Part shown: positions 38,801-52,104 of the stretch, in pieces
How the letters are laid out: each line of letters starts with the position of its first letter
How positions within the stretch are numbered: position 1 is the first letter of the stretch
Source of the DNA: Felis catus
Lineage: Eukaryota
Assembly: GCF_018350175.1 (NCBI RefSeq)
Contig: NC_058368.1
Span: 7,936,001-8,000,000, forward strand
Direction of reading: 5' to 3'
Length of the DNA stretch: 64,000 nt
Translations under genes and position numbers: made by a program
The notes under the pieces: model-generated
Database searches by the model: none
The model's input: the letters and a program-made list of their open reading frames with translations, nothing else
Told to the model about the DNA's origin: nothing

Positions 38801-39429
38801 CAGGCAAGAGGGGTCCCTGCCCTGGGCCTTTACTTGGCTCTATGCTGGCTGTCCTTCCCCCCACCCCCGCCCCAATATAAAGAGTCTGTGGGGTCAGGAA
38901 AGCATGCCACCCCAAGCCTGTGCCACCCCCCGTTCCATGTCTTTTTTTTGGGGGGGGGGGGTCCTGGGGATCCCAGAATTCCCTGTAAAGATGGCCTCAA
39001 GTCTGCTTGCAGACTGAAAAAGTCCTCCTGAGGTCAGACTGCTCATGAGTGTGCACACTTGTAGGTCCCAGGGAAGACTGTTAGGGGTGTGGACAGTACT
39101 TGGCTGGCCATACACGTGCGTGCACTAGTGGGGCACAGCCAGGAATAGAAAGAGAAGAGGGGGGTCAGTTCCTTCTGCACCTTCAGGCACTGTCACATCC
39201 CCCTGTGGACCTGTGAGTAGTCCCCGAATTCGGCATCCGCGTCTCCCATTTCGGGCCATCGTGGAGAGGTCTATCTGCCCATGAGAAGCCGAACCATAGC
39301 ATGGTATCCGGTCTGGGCTCTGAGAACGTCAGGGCAAGGCTAGCCTCTTCTTTCTACCTGTTCAGATTTCATGCCCTCCTTCCCCCGGACCACCTCAGCC
39401 CTTCCTTCTCAGAGGCTCAGAGCACCACC

Positions 39430-39712
39430 GGACCACACGGTACCCACTGGCCACGTGTGGCTACCGAGCCCTTCAAATGGGGCGAGTGTGACGGCCAAGA
39501 ACTGAATGGTATTCCGTTTTATCTCAATTGCTTTAAATTTTAAACACTGAAGCCGAACAAGGTTTTAAAAATATCGATCGCATGTCAAGATGATGATATT
39601 TTGGATACACTGGCTTACATAAAATTCATCTTACTTTTTATTCCTCAAAAATGTAGTTTTACTGGAAAATTCTAAATTACGTGTGCGGCTTGTATTTCTA
39701 TCGGACAGCATT
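39430..39712. mobile_element. MER3/MER33-like hAT-Charlie DNA transposon remnant
   Basis: gccacgtgtggctaccgagc...gatattttggatacactgg...tttctatcggacagcattg. Confidence 0.65.
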
Positions 39713-41146
39713 GGCTTAGCGTCGGTAAATGCACCTGCCACCTTGCTGCTACACATGCCTCTTGATATGAGGATGTGACATTTCTTTTTTGTGTTAAAAC
39801 TGTCTTCCTATAAAGACGGGGCAGCCGTTCAAGTGCTCAGGGCAGCGCTGAACTGTTCTATTCAATGGGGAGTGCCCACTAAACTTGTATAAACTTGTTG
39901 AACGTTCAGCACAGGATTGCTCAATCTTTTATACTTTAAATCATACGTACGGTGACTAAGGATTTGCATAGGAATTTGTTTCCAATCAAACATAAAGGAC
40001 AGTACCTTTGTTCCTAAGTGGTCCAAATCACCCAACGCTGATAAGAGAACCAATATTGTGTGCAATGGCTATCTGAATCCTTCTCTAAATAAAGGAATTT
40101 TCCAACTTGGAGTAGATACAAACACGATTTCCCTTACACTTCTCAGCTGTAAGGGGACAGGGGCTGACCCGGTCTAGGAGTGGCTCTGCTGTGTCCCTCT
40201 TCACCTCTCCAAACCCCATTTCCTCACCTGGAAAGTGTGGGGGCTATCAGGCTGAATAGCCTCTCAAGTCTCTTCCGGCCCTCACATTCTGTGAGAATCT
40301 ACCTCAGGAGATCTCCCACGACACAGCTTCTCTGAGGATTGGCTAACTTGCCGGAAGGCTCCCTGTGATCTGACATCCCATATGTCTCATGCAATCAGAC
40401 CTACCTATTTCTTTCTAGAGAACTCTAGGCAACTGCTGCAGCCTGCCCCATGCAGCGCGAAGTTTCCAGAAAGCTGGCAAACTGCCCGGGTTTCCTCAGA
40501 AAATTGGGGGAGTGTGGAGCCAGGCAATTGTTTTTATACTTTGAGCTACTTACTTCCTTCCTGTACCCACGGAGGGACATAGGGAGTGCCATTTGTGTCC
40601 CTTGGACATTTTAAGATTTGCAGAGGCCATCATATTTAAGGCTGAAAATCAGTAAATGCTACCAAAAAACAGCACGTGAGTTACCATCAACAAACTCAGT
40701 TTCAGAGTTCTATAGGAGAGCCTCATTCCTCAAAAGCAGAAATGACTTACGTTGTGAGACAATTAGCTTTTTAATTAAAAAAAAAAACACGTCATCAAAG
40801 GTTTGGTTTCCTTGATTATTACCAAACAACTGCTATGTACCAGACCCCATGCCAGGTGCGGAAAAGAGTTTAAAAACGAGTACTACAAGATCCTAACCTC
40901 ACGACCCAATCTGGGGAGGAAGATGCACACAGACGGCTCTACAAGGGAACTTGGAGAAATAACTTGTTAGATCCAGTGACGCCAAATTCTATTCCTGAGA
41001 GCAAGGATGAAGTTACTCAACGTTTAACAATTCTATGGAATTTTTTAAAAACAAAAATCCTTCCAGCTCTAAGTGCACCAAGAAGCAAATTGAAAGGACA
41101 TCAAGGTCACCAGGCGATCTTTGTGAGTATAGGGTATATCGCTTAC

Positions 41147-41255
41147 CTGTGATATAAAAGTTTATGTTTCTTTCCACAGTCCCTACTTTATTAGAAGCCA
41201 CGCAACTGTAGATTCCAGAAATCCTAGCGTCCGCCACAACCAAGGTACTAGCCGT
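41147..41255 (-). CDS. FLT1: FLT1 exon 12 (109 nt)
   Basis: TASTLVVADARISGIYSCVASNKVGTVERNINFYIT(D), inside ORF 41013..41351. Acceptor TTTCTTTCACAG; donor CAG|GTAAGC; phase 0 to 1. Confidence 0.97.
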
Positions 41256-41821
41256 CTGTGAAAGAAAAGGAAACTTTAGCGAGAGCAAAGAACCATTTGA
41301 ACATCCCGAAGATTCTTCTGAGGGCTGAAATGATTCAGCTATTCCATTCATTCAGCAAGGGTACTATTGCACGCACGGTGGTTTACCAGAAGGCTCTCCC
41401 TCCGCCGAGCCCCAGCAAGAATGGAAAAATAACAGGAAAGCAGGTCCTCAGGAGACCGGGGGCTATGACATCCGACTCGTATGAGGGTTTCAGGCTTATT
41501 TATCTCGTGCTGCTGGCGTAACAATTATAGACCTAAAGCTGAGATGCGGGACGGCACGTCCTACTCTGTGAGGTGGTCACTTCCACGTCAATGAGAGGAA
41601 CAGGTGAGGCCGAGGCCTTCCCTTTTGTTCGGATGACCTGAGATTATGGATGCGTTTGGTAACAGGAGGTCTCTTTGCTGTTTGCTTCTGTAATGGGCAT
41701 GTCCAGTGGGCAGGGACAGTGGAGAAAGGCTGGCTGAACCCTTTCTTGTAGGCACTCAAAGAATGTAGCCTCATAGCCCCGAAGGTGCTGAGGGAGAGGC
41801 TGGAAAGTTCACTGAGGTTGT

Positions 41822-41823
<2 letters not shown>

Positions 41824-41864
<41 letters not shown>

Positions 41865-41865
41865 C
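41824..41865. repeat. (GT)n(GC)n microsatellite (Z-DNA-prone)
   Basis: About 17 GT units followed by GCGCGC. Confidence 0.95.
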
Positions 41866-43054
41866 AAATTACTCAACTTCTTCGCCTGCCAATTCCCAGT
41901 CTAGGAAATGAAGACCAAAGTTGTGAATACGACAGTATCGTTTCACTAGATTTTAGTGCTATTTGACTAATGAGCCCTGAAAGAGACACCGGGTGAGTGT
42001 GAAGGCACGATCTAAGCTGTGATGTCTCAAAGAGTAGCGCGACACACATTTACACAGCTTCAAGACCCGCTTTGCTGTCTTTTAAAGATCAATTAAAAAA
42101 GAATAAAGATAAAAATTAGTAATATGCAACAGATGGTTGGTTTTAAAATTTAACCCAGCCTGGCAAAAAATACATACTTATACATTAAAACAAAATGACA
42201 AAAGCTAGTTAAGTTTTTTATATTTAAAAGGACAAAAAAAAAAAAGAATTTATCCCATTATTTCTAGATTGTTGCAGCTCTTGCTCTAGAACACAAATCA
42301 CTGGTCAGAGGCTTTGAAATTACAGAGGCTGCCTGTAGTGATGCCTCCGGATGAGAGGGGTGTCCTCGCCGAAGTGTTATTTAGACCCAGTGACTCACAG
42401 GCTAAAGTAATATATAGACTAAAATGTGACAGTGGGCATGCTAAGGCGATGAACACAAACTCTACAAAAGGTCCTAACATTTTTCTGAGTTGCTAAGTAA
42501 TGGGCTCATCACTTCACTTATGTTCTCCTATCCCAGCCAATAAATGGACGTTTTTGTCTTTTATCTACAGATCAAGATGACTGAAAACTACACTCCTGGT
42601 TTTTTTGTTTGTTTTGGCCAGTGAATTTTCTGTAATTTTCACTATGGTAGAGTGTATATTACATGTTGTTTCCTCTTTTGTTTGTTGGATCTGTTTAATT
42701 ACATCTGCTCATATATCCTGTATGTCGTTGACATTATTGGCAACGAAAACATCTGCAATTTGTGGCAATTCTCATTCAACTTCGCCCTCACTGATTGGGT
42801 GTTCATCAAGGCACTGAGCAGATGTTGTAGGGGAAACAGAGATGAACGTGCCACAATCCCTATCCTTAATCTTGAAGAGTCCTTGAAGACTTACTTTAAG
42901 GTGATAGAGAAGAAATTCCCTACTTGATGGCCAAATATGTATTATTCTCTCTTCTGCAGAGAAAATACTCCCATGCAGGCAAATAACCAGTAGAGAAGAC
43001 CCTGAAGGAGCTCAGGGGTCTTTTTCTCTATGTTAATTATTTTTTTTCTCTATG

Positions 43055-43220
43055 TTAATTATTAATCGATACAAGAGGTGGCAAGTAAGAGGAAAGAGCT
43101 CTCCAGAATATTTCTTTTGAATTATCGCACCCCCCACTTAAAAGCCATGGAAGAAAATGGAAGTACTTCGAAGAGAAGCTTGCAGGCAGCAACGTGAAAG
43201 GAAGTGTTAGCTCGTGGCCG
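43055..43220 (-). other. FLT1: Orthologue of the human FLT1 intron-11 alternative terminal exon (frameshifted relative to human)
   Basis: Acceptor TTGTCCCAG at 43222-43221; one frame reads FTLLPASFSSKYFHFLP, against recalled human isoform tail LPPANSSFMLPPTSFSSNYFHFLP. Confidence 0.65.
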
Positions 43221-45844
43221 CTGGGACAATGCAGACTGTCAAGTAAGACTCTGACTTCTTTATTTGGTCTCTGGAAACTTGGGCCCAGACGCAGCCAGTT
43301 CAGACCCAAGGGACACCAATGAAGGTCTCCCCCCCCCACCCCGCCGCTCAAGCACTGCTTTTTTTATGACGTTAGCTCTCAAGTTTTATCCTCGCGGGCC
43401 TCGGCACAATCCTATCTACATGCTTTGATTTGTTGCTCAATAAATAAGTGAGGAACTCATTTCTGTCTGTACCGAGAATGCTGATATTAGGGACAGTGAT
43501 TACCTGAATCTGAAAGTTCTATCTGCGTTTCTATTAAAATTACTTTGATTTCACTGAACTCAAAGCAAATGAGCAAGGGAAAGTCAATTCAGACGTGCAC
43601 ATCTGCCATAGTTAAGACTTGGGCAGGCAATCTGGCGATTAATTCCAATGAACAGATGGATAGCTCAGAACCCTTGTATAATCAGAGAATAAACTCGAGA
43701 TACCTAGCAATGAAAGGAATACAGGTCACACGATGAGCCACAGAGATACAAATGCATCCGAGTCTCTCTTATTTTGCTTGAATGAGCCCTCCCCAAACCC
43801 ACACCTTAGCCATAGGCAAGTCTGCTCCAGAACTCACCTCTCCCAAGTTTCTATTAAAATCGAATGAGAAAATGACATTGATGGGGGTTTACATTATTTG
43901 TTTCTGGGTACATTTATGTAGCCCTCTAGCTGTGTGCCAACGTGTGAGGTATCATCTCATTTACTCCTCCCTATAGCCCCGTGAGGTGGGCATATCACCC
44001 TTGATCTCTACATGAAACTGCTTTTTGCCTTAAAACTCTTTAGATGGAAAAGCACAGATCTATTGGTAGTGTTCTGTCTACTCTTCGGATTGAATTTTTC
44101 TTGAAGAATACATCCTTAAATTGGCAGAGATGGGTCACATAAGCTGAAATCTTCCTAGGGACAGAAATACTCGGTTCTTTCTTATTATTTGACACAAGCT
44201 GCAAGCTGTTTTTCAACTGATCCATTATTATAAGGTTTGAAAACAGGACGGATGAATGAAAAAGGTATAAAGAAGGAAATTTAAAGATAAGATGAAATTA
44301 ATACCCTGTGATCAACTTTATTAAAAATTATCTGATTCTAGAGCACTTCTTTTTCCAGATAATGTATTTCTAAATTACAAACGGAAACGTATTTTCATGA
44401 AAAACAAAAGATGTTTGGCAACGGAAGTAGAAACTTTATAGGGTCAGAAAAAGCTCACGTGTGAATTGTAGGTGGGTGCGGTTTTTCTGGGCAGAAGACA
44501 ACTTCTCCTAGGGCGTTAAGTCTAAACGCAGGAGTCTTCTGAGTGAAAGGGACAAATCCTTTCCCCGGTGCCTGTAACCAAATACTATTGTTTCGAAGGG
44601 GGAAAAAAATGAAAATAGCCCAACAGTTGGAACACCAAATATTAACTTAATACTTGAAAAGGGCAAGTGCCAAGAATTTGAGTTGTTACATGTGGAATCT
44701 ACACTTTGAGGGTGCCTTTAACTTGCCCTGCCAGGACCCCAAGGATTTAGACAGTAGAAAAAGACCCTTAACGTCATTCTCCGGGTTCTGTTACACGACC
44801 CAAGAATGCTGATGAAATGTGTTGTCAGGTACTGTAGAGTGGGAAGTTATTCATACCCCTTCCTTCCTTCCCTCTGCCCAAGCATGAGTAACTCCCTACT
44901 ACAATGCGGTTTGAACCTCATGGAAGAGAATGGGTGGGATGATGTGTAATTCTGCCTAATTTCCAGAACTCATTTTAAAAGGTCTAAATATGGAACGGTG
45001 ATTTTAATCTCGGGATGTTTCTAATATCGTTTCCTTTTAAGTGTGTCAGGGGGACATAAGAGTAGATATATAAAGGCCATGGAAGAATCTAAAATTAACC
45101 TCGGGTGGCACGTTCGAGCCAAGTGATGGGAAAATAGAACAGGAGAATTCAAAAAAAAAAAAAAAAAAAGAAGAAGAAGAAGCCTGGAGGAATGTGGGAA
45201 ATGAGACCCGAACTGCAATTCTGTGATTAGGTTTCATGCCTCTTTCGTGGATCGGTCCCATATGGCACACTTCTCAAGGTAACCTCCAAACTAGCAAACT
45301 ACCTCGGCGGAAAGGTCGCCAGAACGGTAAAATTGTCGCAACTCTCCAGCCTCACGGAGTTAACGCCGTAATATGTATTTCCTGACTGTGTTTTCTAACC
45401 CAGGGTCCCTTCGACTTCCTACTCCATAGCTGCAACCCCAACAGTCTGGCAACCCCATTAAACAATACTAAAACTTCTCACTTGTTATCAGCAACTCCAA
45501 TTGATGACTCATTTTTCACAGATCTAGGCCAAAACTTGCCAATAAGGAAACTAAATTTGATTGTCCTCTGCACCCTTCTAGGAGTTAAACAAAAAAAAAA
45601 AAAAAAAAAAAAGGGAAAAAAAGGAAACGCCTGGAATCTTACGGATGCTCCAGTGAGCCCTCCATTTTCTTGATCTGTCGGGGGGAGGGGTGTCGCTGGA
45701 CAGGCTCGTTATGTGACTGTAGGTAAAAGGGTCATTTATAGTCTAAGCTGGGACTTTACTATGCTTGCTAAACATGGACAGAAAAGCAGTTTTGTAGACA
45801 CAAGCGCCCACTGGGTCTGGAGGTCTATATTTAAAACCTTTGCA

Positions 45845-46275
45845 GGAGCGCCTGGGTGGCTCAGTGGGTTGAGCGTCCGACTTCGCCTCAGGTCATGATC
45901 TCACGGTTCGTGGGTTCGAGCCCCGCGTCGGGCTCTGTGCGGACAGCTCGGAGCCTGGAGCCTGCTTAGGATTCTCTGTCTCCCTCTCTCTCTGCCCCTC
46001 CTCCACTCTCCCTCTCTCTCTCTCAAAAATAAATAAATAAAGCGGGGCACCTGGGTGGCTCAGTCAGTTCAGCGTCTGACTTCATCTCAGGTCATGATCT
46101 TGCGGTCCGTGAGTTCGAGCCCCGTGTCGGGCTCTGTGCTGATAGCTCGGAGCCTGGAGGCTGCTTCTGTTTCTGTGTCTCCCTCTCTCTCTCTCTCTCT
46201 CTCTGCCCCTCCCCAGCTTGCACTCTGTCTCTCCCTCTCTCAAAAATAAATACACATGAAAAAAAAATTAAAAAC
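45845..46275 (+). mobile_element. Tandem Can-SINE dimer
   Basis: Two SINEs joined at aataaagc; outer TSD aaaacctttgcag. Confidence 0.9.
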
Positions 46276-47050
46276 AAAACCTTTGCAGAAGTGCAAAATT
46301 ACGAAACGATAAAGTTGTTTCAAGCCACATGACAGACAATCAGGGAAGCTCTTCTCTCCCTCAGGGTTTGGGCCTTCACTCACCCTGTGCTTTCCAGGTA
46401 TCCTGTATGGAGTCAGGTTGCTGTTTCAGGGTTCATTCAGGCTAATTCGAAACCTCATCTGGCTTTTTCATTTTTCATTTTTTTTTCCTATTGTGTATTT
46501 TTTTGGCTAGGATGCCCCCATAGGACTAGAAGCTGCCGCTGAAAGTAGGCTCATACATTCTCGTGTTAATACCCGGCAGCCAACGGTACGTGTACCTGAC
46601 GTGGTCGGAAGGCAAAACAAACTGACACAATCGATGGCACCTTAGAGTTTTCTAGTAACTTTGTGACAACCGCCTTGCTTTCTACTCTGAGGCGTCTCCT
46701 TTAAAAAAAAAAACGGGGTGTCACCCCAACTTTCAAGTTTACAGAATTTCCTCTTTTCAAAGCATCTCATTGAAGTGCTCTTGCCCATGCTATCCATCAT
46801 GGGACGTTTTCAACTACTGTTCATTTCTATTAGAGAAAAAGAATTTTAACCACCGCTGTGGTCATAAAAACTTTTCCTAAATCCTTGACAAGTGGTTGTT
46901 CACATTTTGTTGCAAGCCGTCACCACCGTAATTTCTGTACCTAGTTGGTAGAGCAGTGGTTTTGGGAACAGGAACACTTTGCTTTGAGTTTCTCATTCAC
47001 CACATTTAAGCTGTTTGAGTTCATCTCGTCACCCCCATTTTTCTTATCTT

Positions 47051-47276
47051 TATTTTAAAAAAATGTTTTTAATGTTTATTTTTGAGAGAGAGAGAGAGAC
47101 ACAGAACACGAGTGGGGGAGGGGCAGAGAGAGGGGGAGACACAGAATCTGAAGCAGGTCCCAGGCTCTGAGCTGTCAGCACAGAGCCCAACGCGGGGCTC
47201 GAACCCACAACCGTGAGTGAGATCATGACCTGAGCCGAAGTCGGATGCTTAACCCACTGAGCCACCCAGGTGCCCC
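47051..47276 (-). mobile_element. Can-SINE
   Basis: Full length; TSD tct(t/c)atcttt. Confidence 0.92.
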
Positions 47277-48039
47277 TCTCATCTTTAAAAAGGAGATAAG
47301 CACTCTGCCCAAAGACTGGCGAATGTCAAAAAGTTTTACAGAACGAGGAACTCAGATGTTACTTGTTGTTATTGTTCAACCCTATGTGGGGGGAATGATG
47401 TTATCTATTTTGTTGCCTTCAAATGCAAAAAATACAGCTGGACACACAGATAACATAAGCATAATCACACTCCAGCCGACAGTATCCATACGAATGAACG
47501 GCTCCAAATCAAGATATGCATATATAAATAGACAATTTGGCAATGGGTTGATAGGTTTCTCCTTTTTAAAGCATTGCTCCCCCTGTGCCTGATAAGAACA
47601 GATTTTTAAGTGTATTTTTCACTAATGTCAACAGACAAAAGTCACCAGGTCTCCGGTCTCCTGAGATGTGCCCAGTTCAGAAGGTATCAGATACTGCTGA
47701 GGCTCAGTGGAGGTCAGGGGCGCAGCGAACGCACAGTGTTTTTGCAGAGAGGGCAGCAAAGGCAACCCAACGTGCCTTCCCTAAGTTCAAGGTTCCTCTG
47801 CTCTTATGCAAATCCGCTGCGTGCACAATTTCTACCTGGACACTTGAGGGCTGGGGGGGACCAAGGCCAACATGAAGCTCAGGAGATTTGCTGAGAGTAA
47901 TAAAGTCCATTGTATCTGGCCCACGAGTAGCAGGTTTTCAACCACCAAACATAAAACTGTGGTAGCCTAGAAGTAGGGTAAAATCTCTGAGCCTTTCCAG
48001 TTCTTGGCATCCTTTTTTAGAGGAGTTGGATTTCCAACA

Positions 48040-48313
48040 ATGGTCAATGGGTACAAAGTTTCAGTTATGCTAGGTAAGTCCTCGAGACCCACCATAGGAC
48101 ACATGCTGTGGCCTCTATGGAAACATCTGCTAAGTGGTATCATTCATTCATGCATTCATATATTCAATGGGAGGAAACTCTTGGAGGCGACGGGTGAATT
48201 TATGGCATTGACTGCGGTGATGGTTTCATGGCTGTGCGTTTACCTCCAAAGTCCTTAAACTGTATACGTCAAATCTGTACAGTGTTTTGTACATCAATCA
48301 TACCTCAATAAAA
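48040..48313 (+). mobile_element. L1 3' UTR fragment
   Basis: gggtacaaagtttcagttatg...tgcggtgatggtttcatgg...tcaatcatacctcaataaa. Confidence 0.8.
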
Positions 48314-48409
48314 ATTTTTTAATACTAAAAAGAGCACCAGCAACGATGCCTACTAGGCTCTCAGGTCAGGGAACTTTTTTTTTTTTTTTTTTTTTGGTTA
48401 GAAGTCTAT

Positions 48410-49292
48410 TTTTTTAAAGGTGGGGTATAATTGATACATAACATTGTATTCGTTTCAAATGGAGAGCGTAATTTGCATGTATTACCATACAATCACCAAA
48501 ATAAGTCTAGTTAACATCTGTCATCATACATAGTTAAGCAACTTTTTTTTTTTTCTTGTGATGAGCACTACCAACGTCTATTCTCTTAGCAACTTTCAAA
48601 TATGCGATACGGTATTATCAACGATAGTCCCTATGTCGTGCATTACATCCCCAGGACTCAGTTACTTTATCACTGGAACTTGGCTTGATCACCTTCACTT
48701 ATTTTTCACACCCCTCACCCCACCACCAATCTGTTCTCTGTTATCGATAAGCTTGGGGGGGTTTGCTTTGGATTCCACATGTAAGTGAGATCAGACAGTG
48801 TTTGTCTTTTTCTGCCTGACGTCTTTCACTTTGCATAATGCCCTCCGAGTCCATCAATGTCCCAAGTGGCAGGACTCCATTCATTTTCGTGGCTCAGTAA
48901 TATTCCTTTGTGTCTACACAGGCCACATAGTCTTCATTCATTCACTGATGGACACTTAATTTGTTTCCATAAATGGGCTACTGTAAGTAATGCTGCTATG
49001 AACTTGAGGGTGCACGTATCTTTGACATGGTGGTTTTGTTTTCCTTTGGATACATATCCAGAGTCAAACTGCTGGATTACTTGGTAGTTCCATTTGTAAC
49101 TTTTGGAGGAACCTCCAAAAACCTCCATGTCGCCCATAGTAGCTGTGTAAATTTAGAGTTTCGCCAACAGGGCACAAGGGTTCCCTTTTCTCCACATCCT
49201 CACCAATACTTATTATTTCTTGTCTTTTTGATAATGGCCATTCTGACAGGTGTCAGGCAATAGCTCATTGCGGTTTTGATTTGCATTTCTTA
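48410..49292 (-). mobile_element. L1 3' end (ORF2 C-terminal remnant plus 3' UTR), tail-to-tail with the preceding L1
   Basis: ORF 48934..49137 resembles the L1 ORF2 end ([26 protein letters not shown]); ttctccacatcctcaccaa and ggttttgatttgcatttc motifs. Confidence 0.88.
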
Positions 49293-49465
49293 GGTCAGGG
49301 AATCCTAACATACTGTATGTGTTTGCATACCCTGAGTAAGGTTTTGCCCTTGCAAAGACAGAGGGGGAAAAACAACATATTTTGTGAAATGGAAACATTC
49401 CACTCGAGCCCTAAGTCTCATATCAGCTTATGCTTATGCTTATCGACACCCTACTTTATGGGTTA

Positions 49466-49604
49466 TCAGGGATTCTCAGTCCTGGGTCCATGCTAGAATC
49501 TCCCAGGTAATTTGTTATGAACCTTAGGCTCTACTCCAGAGATTCAAATGCAATTAATAATTCGTGGAGTATTCTAATACTCAGCTAGGGTCGAGAGCCA
49601 TTGA
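49466..49604. mobile_element. MER5-like remnant
   Basis: cagggattctcagtcctgg...tagaatctcccagg...ctagggtcgagagccattg. Confidence 0.55.
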
Positions 49605-49850
49605 TATTTGAGAGGCAGCTCCTTTGGGACCTAGTACTCATTCCTTTGGAAGTGGTGGGCCACCGGAGAACCGAGCGCGCGAAGTCTCAGAGTATCTGTG
49701 CACGAAGACCTGTCTCAGATCTCGTCTGTCTTCTCTTTGAATTTTTGTTTGAGCATTCGAATGACTTCTGGCTCTAGTCAACCTAGAACCGGGAGCTGAG
49801 CGTGTGTTTTTAAAAGAAATATCCCAAATGCACATTTTTGCAGACAGTAC

Positions 49851-49965
49851 CTTATTCTTTCCTTCTATTATTGCTGTGCGCTGAGTGATGCTCTCAATCC
49901 TGTTTCCTACGTTGCCGTCAGGATCCAGGATCAGGGGCTCGTCATTATTGGAGCAGAAGTCATAT
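49851..49965 (-). CDS. FLT1: FLT1/VEGFR1 exon 11 (115 nt, Ig-like domain 5)
   Basis: Translates (R)YDFCSNNDEPLILDPDGNVGNRIESITQRTAIIEGKNK, matching VEGFR1. Acceptor (T)nAAATAG at 49967-49966; donor AAG|GTACTG; ends in phase 0. Confidence 0.96.
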
Positions 49966-51768
49966 CTATTTAAAAAAAAAAAACAAAAAGTAGGTCATCA
50001 CTATGTTGCTTTGTAGCATGGTAGCATGGTCCAGTCCAGGGTGACAGGTGGAATCAAAATCATCATTGGTTAAGTCCTGAGATAACAAGATAAAAAAACA
50101 CATTCTCTTCTTTCCCTTGGAGTGTCCCCCCACATCCACCCTTAGAACTTACAAACCGAAAACACATTTTGCTTGAACTGAAAGAAACCCACACCAGCGT
50201 ATCTTCGTACATCCTTCCTGTCCTAAATGTTAAATACTAAGTAAAAATGCAAAAATTAGGAAACTGAGTATCTAGATTTTAATGAGTTCATGGAAGAGGA
50301 AACATGCAAACACAGGGGGGAAAAAAAGAAGTTACGTTAATGAATGGAAACCTCAAGGAAATAATAGCATCTCACATCTAGAAAAGGTTGGCTTTTAATT
50401 AGAATATTCCATTATACAGCTGATTTTTTTCCAGGGCTAATTAAGTGTATATGGAAACACACAGCATGAAGCAGTTGTTAAATTCAGTCTATTTCTTTCC
50501 AAGTTTGGGGAGATCACGAGAAGCTCTTTAACTGCTTAGGCCTCGAGTGTTTAATTATAAAACAATCTCCTCGGTCTCTAAAAGTCCGTGAAATCTCTTA
50601 TTAAGCTAGCTAGTAGAGTACCCTTTTAAAGACAGAAGGTAACATGCTCTCTCAAACACACATTATTATCAGCAAACTACGGTTTTCGTATGGTTTACTA
50701 CTCAAATTTTGGTGTAAATATTTATTTGCCATGTATCATGTTCTACATAACCCAGGTTCTGCGTGAATTAAAAAAAAAAATCCCAACAACAAAAAAGACA
50801 CTTCCGTCCACTCTGACCCAGTCAGGAGTATCTTCACTGGCCCCGCTGCCCGCTGGCTTTTCCCACCTCAGACCATCCCCCGAACGTTCGCATTTTTAGT
50901 GGAAACCTTTCTGCTCCAAAGTTCCAAAATTTGTGGTGAGCAGAGAGCCTGCTGGGCTCTAATTTATACGCGTTGTGGGCAGATTATGGAGCTCTTCCAA
51001 CCAGGAGGAACTTCAGCCTCCAGGCTGTTCGAGGAGGAACAGCCCAGTTCCAGAAAGAATGGGCAGTTGATCCAGGGTAGCCAATGGCAGCAATGATTGA
51101 CATAAGATGATAGAGAATAAAGTAGGTGAGGAAGAAGGTCGGATAGATGGGACTGGGATGACCAGGAAAAAGTTCTGTGATTATCCCTCTCCTTGAGCTG
51201 AGAAGGGGCTCCGGACTGTTAAACCACTGAGTCTCTCTGGGTGGTCTCCCCTCCGGGCCTGTCAAGTCCTCCCCCAGAGCACTGACCACTTTCTAAGTGG
51301 CCCCCCTGGGCCAGCCGCTCCAGGGGATGGGCCCCCATCTGCTTAGTCACTCCGTCCTCACAGTAAGGCAAGGGCCTAGCGTGTAATTGGCACTCCATTA
51401 ACACCTATAAACATACACACCTGCACGGGGGACAGATAGGCGGTTTCTAGTAAGAGCTTTCATTTAACTGTTCGTTATTTTCAAACATACTGGTTAAGTA
51501 GAGACCTAATGTACTAAAGCCCCACAGACTCACCGCCCAGACAGAAGTTATCAAGATTTTGCCACAGCTGTTCGGGTCTATCCTTATTTCTTTCCGTTTT
51601 CTCTTCTGTGAAGTATTTTGAAGCAAATCTCAGACATCGTGTCATTTCAGCCCTACGTATCCCTAAAAGAGCGCACACCTTCTACGATAACGACGCCATC
51701 ATCACGCCTAACTGTACCAGCTCCGTGTATCAGTCTTGCCCAGATGTTTTTAAAATGTCTCTCTTCTA

Positions 51769-52104
51769 GACTCTTAAAAATTGAGAAGAAACTGAGGGTT
51801 GATGGGGGGGTGGGAGGGAGGGGAGGGTGGGTGATGGGTATTGAGGAGGGCACCTTTTGGGATGAGCACTGGGTGTTGTATGGAAACCAATGTGACTATA
51901 AATTTCATATATTGAAAAAAAAATAAAATGGCAGGAGATATTTAAGACATAAAAAAAAAATGCCTAATATGGAGGCTAAATAAAACTATGCTCATGTTGT
52001 TTTTAAAAAAATAAATTAATTAAAAAATATATATAAAATAAAATAAAATAAAATAAAATAAAATAAAATAAAATAAAATAAAATAAAATAAAATAAAATA
52101 AAAT
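51769..52104 (+). mobile_element. Young 5'-truncated feline L1 with 3' extra sequence and (AAAAT)n tail
   Basis: Feline L1 3' UTR (gagcactgggtgttgtatggaaacc); 17-bp TSD aaaatgtctctcttcta at 51752-51768 and 52105-52121. Confidence 0.93.

Noticed and set aside
41013..41146. Exon 12 read-through of about 44 codons
   Set aside because: Strong consensus donor (CAG|GTAAGC) and no isoform known to me; length compatible with chance.
43021..43063. Tandem duplication tttttctctatgttaattatt
   Set aside because: Ordinary slippage duplication; contains no canonical poly(A) hexamer.
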